64,000 nucleotides of DNA from Lingula anatina. Taxonomy: Eukaryota > Animalia > Brachiopoda. A program made the position numbers and the translations under genes. Within the stretch, counting starts at the first letter, position 1, and each line of letters opens with the position of its first letter. This document shows, piece after piece, positions 49,401-61,500 of the stretch. The stretch spans positions 31,434,001-31,498,000 of the forward strand of contig CM120642.1 in NCBI GenBank assembly GCA_051362555.1, given 5' to 3'. Under the pieces are notes generated by a model. It was not told the DNA's origin. It was given only the letters and a program-made list of their open reading frames with translations, and did no database searches.

Positions 49401-52400
49401 ATCCTGGTAGAAGCCTGCACCAAGCTGGTCTACGTTGCCAGATACAGGCTGAGGTATGAGGATGCCATTGGAGGGACTCACAAAGGATTTGTGTTCCCTG
49501 GACTTGTCAGCGAGGCCAACTCTGTGAAATTGGCGTAAGTTTGGGTTTTGTCTGTATCGTGCTTTTTCTGTTCTGTTTATATATCTGTACAGGTCAATAA
49601 TACATACAGTATGCGTAGACTGGGATGGAAAGGGACTGGGCCATAGTTGAAAATTGATTGGAGATTTGATAAAGCCATTGTGTCACAATTTTGAAGAAGA
49701 CTAAGGGAGGGGAAATTGGGTTAAGAAGAATAATAGCTCTTTAAATAGGGGTTCGAACTGGCTTAATCACGTAACTGATACAGATAAAGTTGTATTTAAT
49801 TTTTTTCCTTCTTCTCCAGCTCAGCATAACTTTTATATAATTTTCCCTTTCTCTCCAGCCTTCAGTCTCTGTCCAATGACCTGTCCTTCATCCTTCGGGC
49901 CTTCTCCCTGCCCATACTGGAGCCACTGACCACTGACCGACTGGACAGCATAGTGAAAGTGGTCATGACATGCCTGTATACTGCACTAACCGTGGCTGCA
50001 GCTGGGAGCATCATGAATTTAGGTGGGTTTTAGTATGGTTAGAGCTGTAGTGTGCATTTATATATACTGGCCAAAAAAAGAAACACAAGTTTTTTTTATA
50101 TCTGTGGTTTTTATATACTTTGTTGTACAATATTGTAGCATAAATTGTATTATAATGTTCAGTAACATGTATACCCTCCCGTGGCTGCAACTAGAACTAT
50201 CCTCCTCATGGACCCTACCAGACCTCGTATGATTATTTTATTTATTTATTTATTTATTTTCAAATATTGTTTCTGAATCAATGTTTTGTGCTGCTTGGTG
50301 TGTGTATATTTGGCAGCTTTTCTTTTCAACAAATTTAATTAAATGATTAAAACGCAATGAAATTAGTATATCTTGAAGAAGTTATGTACTTTTGAAAATT
50401 TTATTTAGTTTGTTCTCAATAACTGAGTATAGGTAGCTTCTGAGTAGGCTTACATTGTGGCTAGCTTCTAAAATTGTAGACAGATAAAACAAGAAAAGAA
50501 GCACAACTAAGCCAGCTGAATCTTAGTAACCTAATATTAAGCAAAAAATTGTTTTTTTTTTCTCTTTTTGTAAATGGTGCCGGGGGGGGGGCATATGATT
50601 TTTGAGTTCACCTCGATATTATATTATCAAACAGTATCTTCTTTGCTTAAGTAAAATTTGCTTTCTTGGCTTTGTTTGATAAAAAGGCAGTTTTAACTTT
50701 ACACTTTGGTTATTGACTAAATGTTCAGTAGCAAGAAGATCTATACAGTGGTTATTATGGACAAGTTTTAAGAGGTGGACTCGGGGTATTGTCAGATAAT
50801 GCATCTCATTGATAGGCCAAGTACAAGGATGGATGACGTATTAATTACATCAATAACATTGAAAAATACCTCCCCCCCTCCCAAACAACCCTCCTCAGTT
50901 GGAGGCATAGTAATCAATGACATGCCATCAACATTCTTAGTGTCTTTTAAAGTTATTTTAAAGTATATAGCATTATAGAAATTCTTAGAGCTCAGCATTG
51001 CAATATATATGCTGTCAATCTTAGACTTAAAGTCGAATAGTTAGTATTGTATGTCATGGAATGTCTTTCTTAGCAGGTTCTCTAACCTTTCATGCTGAAC
51101 ATTGTAACCTTAAAGACTAGTATAGCAATCAGTAAATGATGAGTCTTTTATAAGTACTGAAAGGTCTTCACCATGCCCTTTTCCTCTGCCACCACCAGCT
51201 GGCCAGCAGGGTTGATTGCTAATGCTGCTGGATACTTTAACCCATCATCCTTAGTGGCAAGGTATCTGATAAACTGTCCCTGTGGACTCAGTGCCACTAT
51301 CCTGTGGTTACCCCAGTCAGCAATGAAAATGTGGCCATGGCTATCTGTGCAGACTCCGTAAGGACACCATAGCTGACCGTCACCACTGCCTTGTGTGCCA
51401 TACTGGTACAGCTGATCACCACTAGGTGTCACCACATGTACACAGTTATTGTCTAAATCTGATATCACAATGTTATCATTCACCTTGTTCACTGCAATAT
51501 ACTGCGAGTCTGCACACACAGTGAGTGGAATAGTGTTCAAGAGCAGCCCACTATCTGCATGGAAGGTGAAGAGAGATTTTGTTTCAATTAAGGGGTTGTC
51601 GCAAATGATCACTTGACCTTTGGTGCCCAATGTAATTCCATGGGGCAGCTCCAGTTGTCCCAGACCCATAGTTGTCAGCTGCTGACCTCTGGTGGAGTAC
51701 ACTTTGACACATTTGTCACCCTGTGATGTTACATACAGGTGACCAGCCTGTGAGACAGTCACATCAAATGGACTTTGTAGCTTTATGTCAAACTTGAATT
51801 GCCCTTCATGTGTGAATACCACTGTTCTGTTATTTCTTTTCATTCTATCCACAATAAACACATGTTGCTCATCTACAGCCAACCCTGTTATGGACATATT
51901 TCTTGTATCATCTTTTTGTTTAGCACTGAAGGAATGCACACATTCTGCCTTCTCTAGGAAAACAGGAGGTTCTGTCACTGATTTTGGATTAATTTCCAGT
52001 GGAGCTAATGGAAGTTCCAACTGCACTGCCACCTGCCCTAACATGGCTTCCAGTCCAACAGTAGATATGTTGCCAGGACAGTAGGATACCTGTGCTGGTG
52101 TATCTAGAGTCGGAAATGGCATTTTCTCTATCGCTGTCAGTCTCTCTGTCAGAGCTTTTGTTTGAATCATGATATCAGAGTCAGAACCATTTGTGATAAG
52201 TTCTTGGGCAAAATTGTAGGCACTTTGCAAGGAGGCACAGTGATTTTCAAGGATGTCCTTGTTTGCCTTCTTCTGCTTTTTTCTGATGTCATAGGCAGAA
52301 TTTACCTCTGATATCAGTGTTTGTTCTTTCTGGTCAACTAATCTACGGATATTTTGAGCCTGTTTTTTGATATTGTTGATGGAGGCTTCCCTGATGTGAA

Positions 52401-55400
52401 AGTCCTGTAGTTCACTAGCTGTGATCTTGATAGCTGCTTCTTTGAACGTGTCCTGTTTTGACAGTGTTTTTTCAAGGGCAGTTTTAATCTTTGTACGCTT
52501 ACTAATTGCAGCTTTTTCAACTGTCACAATACCGTGTCTGTAGTGCTCTGCTATCGCGCAGTCTCCACACACAGTGCTATCATCATCTTCACAATAGTAT
52601 TTCAGTTCATTTGTAGGATGTTTCTCACATTTGATCATCATTTCTTGTATGCCATGTGCCACTCCATGTTCATCAGGTTCTTTCATTATAGATGACCTGG
52701 AGACTTCATGTTGCTGACTCAAAAGTTCTTTTGCCTTTTGAACACGGAAATCTTTTTTCAGTTTCACGAGTCCTTCTTTTGGGAATTTTGTCGTTTTTCT
52801 ACAAAGGGGGCATGGAAAGGTCTTGCCCCAAGTCACTGCTCCCGTAGCGTGATTAGATATACATCCATAGCAAAATGTATGGTGGCAAGGCAATACACGG
52901 GGGTCCTCATACTCTCCCAGACAGATGCTACATGTCAAGAGATTATCCGTGAAAGCTGCAACCAGGGCCTCGGCCATTTTGTCATATCAGAGCACAAGCA
53001 AGCTTTCAGTGAATAGTTCAACAGTAAAATAAATGAAAGGTATCGTGTGTACTCTTTAAAGGTGTGATAACAGACGATCATGTGATGGTGGCACTAAAAA
53101 TACATATGAAGTATATTAGGCAATAAGTGATAACATGCTCTCTGTTTGATATGGTTGTAAGTACACATGGCTATCTCTCCTACTCATTTACTGCTACAGA
53201 GATTTTTAGTGTCTCTTAATTTGATAATGTGCTCTTAACAAGTTACTGAGTAAACATATTAAAGAATTGTTGGAATATTTTATTCTTTTCTAAAATCCTG
53301 AAGTAAAATTTTAATTTTTGGCAATTATCAAACATAATAGCTCTTTTACTGTTATATGATATAGATTTACCTTTCCTACCTAACAGGGGGAATTTGAATT
53401 AGTGTTGTAAGAGAATTAATTTAAGAACACTGTATGGTTGTTTTAAAATAGCAATGAAAATCAGTCTATACCAAGTTGGTTTTTTCTCAGACTGCATTCA
53501 TGACATATAATGTGCTTGCATTTTGCCCCTCCTTGATAAAGAGTTGATAAAACTTGTCCATTGTTTATAATCTCATCATGTGCTAGTCAGGTGATAAGAT
53601 CATAAAATTTTAGGATTTTTTTTACTACAAGGTGATAAATAGATCTCTTTCCTTCATTGCTGGGATTAGAAGTGACCAATATAAGAAATGAAAACAACCC
53701 TTAGATTTGTGAAAGTTATATGAAGTGAGGGTTTCCTGTATTGTATATAATTCATTACTAATTTATCTCAAATTAAGCGCACATATCAAAGGATAAACCA
53801 AATTAGTCACTCAGCCAAAAAAAAAAAAAAAAAATTAAAACGCATCTTTCTTAGATTTTGAATCTTTTTTATTAATTTGGCATTAGAATGATCATTTTAT
53901 TGATAAATAGAACATCAATGTCCCTGCATTCTGATAACAAAATGAACAAAAATATTTGGTTATTATTGTTACTGAGTAATAATTTAGATTTGATTAATGA
54001 GTTGGATTTTATTTTTTCAAATTTTTACCATCTTTCTTGTCATAATGCCATACAACCAGTTTTTTTTTTTTTTTTTTTTTTTTTGCTTACATATTTTGTT
54101 AAAAGTCGGTATATATAGCAGCATTGATGTCTTGTTTTATATAGCTGCCTCTGCCCAAGTGAAAGGTGCCACTGCCACCAAGGAAGAAGACTTTGACACA
54201 TACGCAGTGGGCATTGTCCAGAAAAGTGTAAGTACTCTGGGATAAGAAAGTTAATATCATTCAAACTAAATTTAGAAGGAATATTTTTAGTTGGAGGCAC
54301 TGTTTATGTCATTTAACTTACACTTGAATATATTGTGATAAAATAAGCATACATGGGTGGGGGTTCTTTGTCTCTCTCTTTTTCTCTCTCTCTCTCCCCC
54401 TCTTGTTCATTCATTCTTTCCTTATTTCTGTCTGGTACTTGTTCCTATATCTTTTAACTCAAATTCCCTAAAAAAGGTTAATCATTACCCTTCCCTGCAT
54501 TTCTTTCTTTCAAAGCATCTAGTGAACTACGGATTTCTCAACCTGTCCTTCCCATAACTTCTAAAATTTAAATGGTTTTGGTGGGGTTTATAATAACATA
54601 TGGTCAATGAGGATATTAATTGTATATTATTAGATTTGTATGGAAATGAGGATGTTTTTGTGTTCTAGCTGGAAGTGTTTAACACCGTGCTGACAACCAT
54701 TCAATCCTCTACAAGGGCAGGTGGACATGTAAGTAAATTTTACTGAATTTGTCGTGAAATGTGTGAAAAAATTGTCCAGTTTAAATGAAAAGAAAATTAT
54801 TTATTCAAAATTAGATGGATATTGACCATTGAGAATAACCAAGAAAACTGATAGATATAAATTTCAGTCAGAATTTCTTTCAAGGACTATTTTGCTCCAA
54901 TAGTGACCTGATTACATTAAAATTATGCGTGAAGGTAAACATGGATATCACAGAGTTATTGTGCTTCCTTCTGTGATTAAATATGGATCACAATATTTTC
55001 AAAACTTTTCACAAAACTTCTAATCTTGTCATCCCTGTTTCCCAGACCCTACAAAACTACAAAATGACAGCAGCGTGGTTGATCCTCCATGGTCTCCAGC
55101 ACATACTCCATATCTCTCCCAGTAGCATACTGGACAAACCCAAGGAGAAGGAAGCAACTAAAACAAAGACTGAGGGCACAGCTAAACCAAAAGAGGGCAG
55201 CACTGGCAAGCCGGCTGTGCCTAAAAGGTAGGGAACTCAAAAAGATGTTCTTATTTAATTGTACCAAGCATCTTTCAAGTTTGATTTGTCAATAATTTTT
55301 GGAATTATTTTGTTTTTTGGTACAATGTGATATATTAGGATCTTGGGATATATGCCAAGAACATCAGTGTTCATTGAAAATAACCATATATGGTCAATGA

Positions 55401-55564
55401 TAAATGGTATTAAAACTGTTCTTTTTCAGTCATATTTTGCTTGAGTCAGGTAACCACACATAATTGTACTTATTGTTAAAAGTCTCCTGAACAGTCTCTG
55501 TTTGAATTTAGACTTAAAATAATTATATTGTTGTTGTTGTTATAACTGATATTATTATAACTAA

Positions 55565-55595
<31 letters not shown>

Positions 55596-58500
55596 TCAGC
55601 ATGGGTTTGGTGTCCTAGCTGTGGCCCTGGCCTCACAAGCCATGCAGTTGATGGCAGCCCTCATGGAGGATCTTAGCATGGAGACTGCAACATTCACTGT
55701 AACTATAGCAACTTTCTGTTTTAATCTAGGAGAAATATTATGGCATTTAAAAAAATTCAAGTATTGTGCGTTTAGAGAGCACTGTTCTTGGTTTTCATAA
55801 TTTTTGGGTGCACTTTTTAAAAAATGAGGAATCATAAATTTGAATCTCGTTTGAATATTTTACTGCATTAATGGAACTACACAATTCAGAATAACTTGGA
55901 AAAAAATGTTTCAACCATATGTTATTTTCACAGTCACCAATGTCTGCCTATCCTGGGGAGACTGTTGTCCAGATTCAGGGCTCTTTGACTGCCTGGCAGA
56001 GAGTAGAAAGGATAACCAGTAGTGTCCGGCTCACTGGATTGCTCTTTAACATACTGAATGTGGCTTACAAAAAGGTGAGTATACTTGTGTATGCATTTAC
56101 ATGATTGGTAGGGCCAAGCAAATGATATATATGCAAGAAAATATGAGCAGGTGAAATGGGAATGAACAGAGAATAAAATAACAGCTTTTGGAAGGTATTT
56201 GTTTAAATGAAGTGCATTTGGAGGGTGGATCTCTTTCTTCCTTTAAAAACAATTTATAACACGTCTGTGCATGTGTTGAAAGATAAAAGCTCAAAATTAT
56301 CTGAATTTCTAAAAAACCACACAAGGCACTTTTTGCATGTTTCAACCTGTTTTACAGGGTTTCAACATTAAGTGCAAGAAAAGTAGCAGCACCTTTCCAT
56401 ATGTTAGGGTAACTTTCTAGCACACTTTGCCAAATAGATGTGATGTTATGTTTTAGAATGGGTGCTTATGTGTGAAATTAAGCCAATGGCAATGCATCAC
56501 AATTATTAATTTAAAGATTTTTAGAAGTAAGATTACAAAATTTAAGAAAAGAAAGTTTAAACAAGCCAAAAAATAAAAAAAACAGAAGTTTGATGTAGAC
56601 TCTGCCAATAAAATAACGATTTATTCTGTAGATTTTCAGCATCATAGTAAAAGAGTGTTTAGTATAACGTAGTGTAGTTTAGCATCGTGTGTCACCAAAT
56701 AGGATTTTTTTATGTAAAGTATGCAGCAGATTTTACTCCTTACTTTTGGTAGACTTATGCAAGTATTCTCATATAATTTAAAAATGTTTTCTTCAGTGAT
56801 TGGCTCATGGTCTTTTGGATCATATTCCAAATTTAGATTAAATATATGCCATATTTTTAAAAACTTCATTTACTTTTGTTTTACTTTTCCTGGGTTCTCT
56901 TCTTTGCCCCCTTCTTTTATATAGATAAATGATATGTAGTGAATGATGCCTTGAGTATTAAGTATCAGTACAACAAATGATTTTATTTGGTTTTCAATTA
57001 AGAGTCTTTAGAGATAAAAAAAGTTTAAACAAGCCAAAAAATAAAAAAAACAAAACAGAAGTTTGATGTAGACTCTGCCAATAAAATAACGATTTATTCT
57101 GTAGATTTTCAGCATCATAGTAAAAGAGTGTTTAATATAACGTAGTGTAGTTTAGCATCGTGTGTCACCAAATAGGATTTTTTATGTAAAGTATGCAGCA
57201 GATTTTACTCCTTACTTTTGGTAGACATATGCAAGTATTCTCATATAATTTAAAAATGTTTTCTTCAGTGATTGGCTCATGGTCTTTTGGATCATATTCC
57301 AAATTTAGATTAAATATATGCCATATTTTTAAAAACTTCATTTACTTTTGTTTTACTTTTCCTGGGTTCTCTTCTTTGCCCCCTTCTTTTATATAGATAA
57401 ATGATATGTAGTGAATGATGCCTTGAGTATTAAGTATCAGTACAACAAATGATTTTATTTGGTTTTCAATTAAGAGTCTTTAGAGATAAAAAAAAATTCA
57501 AAAGTCAGATCAGACACAGAAAATGAAAATAGTATTTTTATCTCTCACTGCAGGCATCCCTGTTAAAGAAGCAGAGACAAGGCAACAGTGAGTCTGACTG
57601 CGACAATAATGACAGTGACAGCACCAGCTCCGACTCCAACACATACTACGAGGATGATTTCAGCTGCACTGAGGACAGTAGCAGCAGCAGTGAGGAAGAA
57701 GGTGAGGATAAGTGCTGAACCTTGACCTATACTGACCTTGACCCATGCTTACCTTGACCTTGTGTTGGCAAATTGGTACTGTTGAGTGTGATATTATTTA
57801 TGTAAAATTGTAAATGAAGGAAAAAATAAGACATTTCTTTCACATCTCTTCACTTTGCAGTATACTCTGTTATGAAAGTTTGCTAGTGTTCATATAGACA
57901 ATATGACTTTGTCTCCCTTGAAACAAAGTTTTTTCTCCCATTATGTATTCAGTTGCATTTTATCATATCAGATGATGACTCAGAGCCCATCCTTGGTCTG
58001 AGCCACTGGTTTGATGAGACCCCCTCCCCCTCGGACTCCAGTAGTAATCTGCCGCCACCCCCTCCACCCCCTGTACTGGAGAGCTCGGCCAGCAATGCCA
58101 GTAAACTGGGGAATAAGATAGCTGGGGAGTGGAAGAATTTTATACCTGACAAGAAAGAGCCTGATGGGGTAAGAGTTCAATATTGTACCTCTGTTATAAT
58201 GATTAATTGTTCTTTATTCATACTTCTACACCAGACTGATGTGCGGGTGCATGTGTTTGTGTCTGTGAGTGCACATGTTCTAGGGGGTCACTAAATTTAT
58301 GCAAGACATTTATTGCTGAGACAAATGGTAATGGAATATTTATCATGTGATCACTATATTTTATTTGAATCATAGTAACAGTATAAGGCACATTTTAGAT
58401 TCTGGTAAAGTTACTGTGAGACATTGAGTGTTGTTTTATTATACCTTGTCTGTGTTGGCACTCAATTAAAGTTATTGATAAAACTGTTAGATTCTGGTAA

Positions 58501-61500
58501 AGTTACTGTGAGACATTGAGTGTTGTTTTATTATACCTTGTCTGTGTTGGCACTCAATTAAAGTTATTGATAAAACTCTGTTTAAGTGATTACATGATGA
58601 ATATAAACTGCTATAATTTGTAATATAATATTTCAGTATATCAACCTGGCCACGGAAGTTCTGCAGTTCCTTACCCAGCATTTCTTATCCTCTCAATGTG
58701 AGGAAGTCACTGCTTATATCAAGTAAGTTAATGTTTCTCATGGTGTTCTGGGGGACATTTTGAAGTAGAGTTTTTATGTTATACGAAAAAAAACCTAAAG
58801 AAGAGAATTTTGTTTTACCAGTAATATGGCTAATAGTATACTCCCTGATTTCTGTCTGCAAGTGCTTATAATTTGATCATGCAATGGTATGGTTCCATGT
58901 AACCCAAAATATTTATCCAAAAGAATGTTGATGTTGATAATCAGCATTTCAAGAGATACCGATTTATCATAACTGGTGTATTGATCATTTTCATTATCAG
59001 AATTCCTTCATTTTGTGTGTTCATTGTTTTGTCTCAAGGAGTACCATGGGGGACCACCAGATGTCTCTGTTGGCATTTGTTATCAAAGAGCTGGACAGGG
59101 ACTGCAGCAGGCAGGAAAATGGTGAGATAGAAAAATCTGCCAAGAATTATGGCACAATTGAGTGCATTTATATTCACTGGTTTAGGTTTTAGTAATAGCC
59201 TTGCCACTTGTACATATTATCATTTTTTCCAAAATAATTCCTGTGACTCATTTACTCAAATTTGATAAAAAAGGAGTCATATGTAACAAGATGTGGTTTC
59301 TGTCATATTGTCATTGTTCATTAGTATTGGTACATGAAAAAGTGGTCACATGAAAAGCAGATGTGCTTGAAATAAAAATCTAGAAAATAACATCATTGGT
59401 TGTATTCGTTTCCAGACCTGTTTGTAGAATTTTCGACAGCTTTGGCCAGGTTTCTGCACATACTGATAGCTTCTGAGATACTCTCGTTCCAGTTACAGGT
59501 GAGTATCGTCATTTCTTGTCATTTAAGATGTGGTAATGACCACCTGAAATACATTCATGGGAAGTACCTGTTGAGTAATAAGTCAACAACTCAGTTGTGT
59601 TTCAAATCAGTATCATATGTAATGTCTTTTATTATAGACACTGTTGCTGTCATTTTAGCAAAACAAATAACTTATTTCACAATTTCATCCTGTTGCTTCA
59701 GTTCACCTTGCTCCAGCATCTGGGTATAGGCACCATGGTTTCTGATCCCTGGCCCATGACAGTCTACCCGCGGAGCTTGGCTGTGCTGGTGGAATTGATC
59801 CTCCTAAGACAGAAGAGGGAGAGGGAGGCGGGCTGCATCAAGAGTAAGAGTGAAGCCGCAGTGATCAATATCTGGACCCGCTTCTTGCAGAGCCTGAAGA
59901 ATGCCATCTTGAATTTTGACAATGATTGTGAGAAATTAGAAGGTTGGTACACTTTTATTTGGGACTGGTTTTAGTGCTTAATTACTCCCTTTTTATCCCC
60001 CCCTCCCTTTTATTTACCTTCAAAGTTTCTAAATTTCCAAATTGAGAATAATAATGAAAATGTTTATTACTGTTCTTTGAATTCCTGCATAGTTTATAAT
60101 TTGTCATCTATTGCCAGATGAAGCATGGCCCAAATCTAATATTTGATGTGCATTTTTCATATACATTAAAGCTAAATAAATTATTCTTATTATTATAGAT
60201 ATCAATGTGGAGCACCTGCAAGTGCTGTTGTTTTTGTTCCACGGGCTGCCACTGATGCAGAAGAAGACCATCCTGATATTACTAGGACATACTATCATCA
60301 GTGTGGCACACATTGACAAGTGGTAAGTATCACTTGGAAGTCACTAATTGTCCTTTGGCCAAGGCAGCTTAATTATTGCCAGAAGTCTATGACAAGAAAA
60401 CTGTTTTAGAGCCAGAGAGTATGTCATTTGCACTTTATTTGTTATAACAGATATTCGCTTGATTTTTATGATGAAATTATATCATGTAGAAAATTATTGA
60501 TTTTAATGGAATATGTTATTCTGACTAAACCAATTTATTTAGCATCTGTTTGGTCAGTTACATCACAGGAACTCTGAACTTTGTTTTTTCTTCAGGAAAC
60601 TAGAAGAAATGGTTCCTCTGCCCTTGTCCAGACTGATGCTTATCTTTGACTATATGCTCCATTACTTCTATGACCCGCCTGCCTCTCTCATGGACCAGGT
60701 AAATGACAGGTTATCCCTAAGGGAAAGAGTAGATGATATATAATGTGGTTTTAGGTTATTATAATATTTTAAAAGTTTATTGGTCTGATCAGTAATATTT
60801 TTATTTTAGTAAGTATATATATATTTCTTCAGTCTTCTTTGTCTTCTCTAAAAAAATTAAAAATTTGATATATGGTGTGATATATGCAAACTGTTTATAC
60901 TTGAAAACACATCTCGGTCCATCATTTAACAATTGCCTTAGCATTGAGTCCACAAGTTGTACATGTAATAACTTTTTTTGTGTCTGACAGGTGCTACATT
61001 TTGTCTGCACTATCAGTGTGTGTCTTTGTAAAAGTGTTTCTGTATTATAAGACATGAACACCAACTTTCCTAACATCTGTTCCCAGGTCCAGCACAACCT
61101 GTTTGTATCCCACACCAGGTCAGACAGCAGTGTGGCTGTCACCTCAGAGAAGGAGTATGTGGCATTTAAAGAAGTGGAAGACAACTACCTGAAACAAGCC
61201 TCAGCACAAGGTGAGACATACTCTGAAATTAAAGTCCTTTGGATTTATTTGAAAATCCTGATACGAGCTATTTGAATTGATGCTCACTGACATAAATTTT
61301 CTTCAAATCTTTATTTTAGTATTTCAGTCAATATTTCTAAACCCCATACATGTAGAATTGCAGATATTACCGTGACTCAAAGACCTAAATCTTGGTACCA
61401 TCTTAATGTTTAAAATGAGCCATATTTCTAAATCCCATACATGTATATTGCAGAGATGACAATGACTTAAAGACCTAAATCTCACTCCCATTTAACCCTG

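Noticed and set aside
54059-54083. Poly-T run as the retrogene poly-A tail of the nested TRIM gene
   Set aside because: It lies upstream (5') of the minus-strand TRIM ORF, the wrong side for a tail.
56721-57396. Two near-identical 67-aa ORFs suggesting a duplicated small gene
   Set aside because: They result from the 472-bp intronic duplication; AT-rich, with no recognisable domain or splice support.
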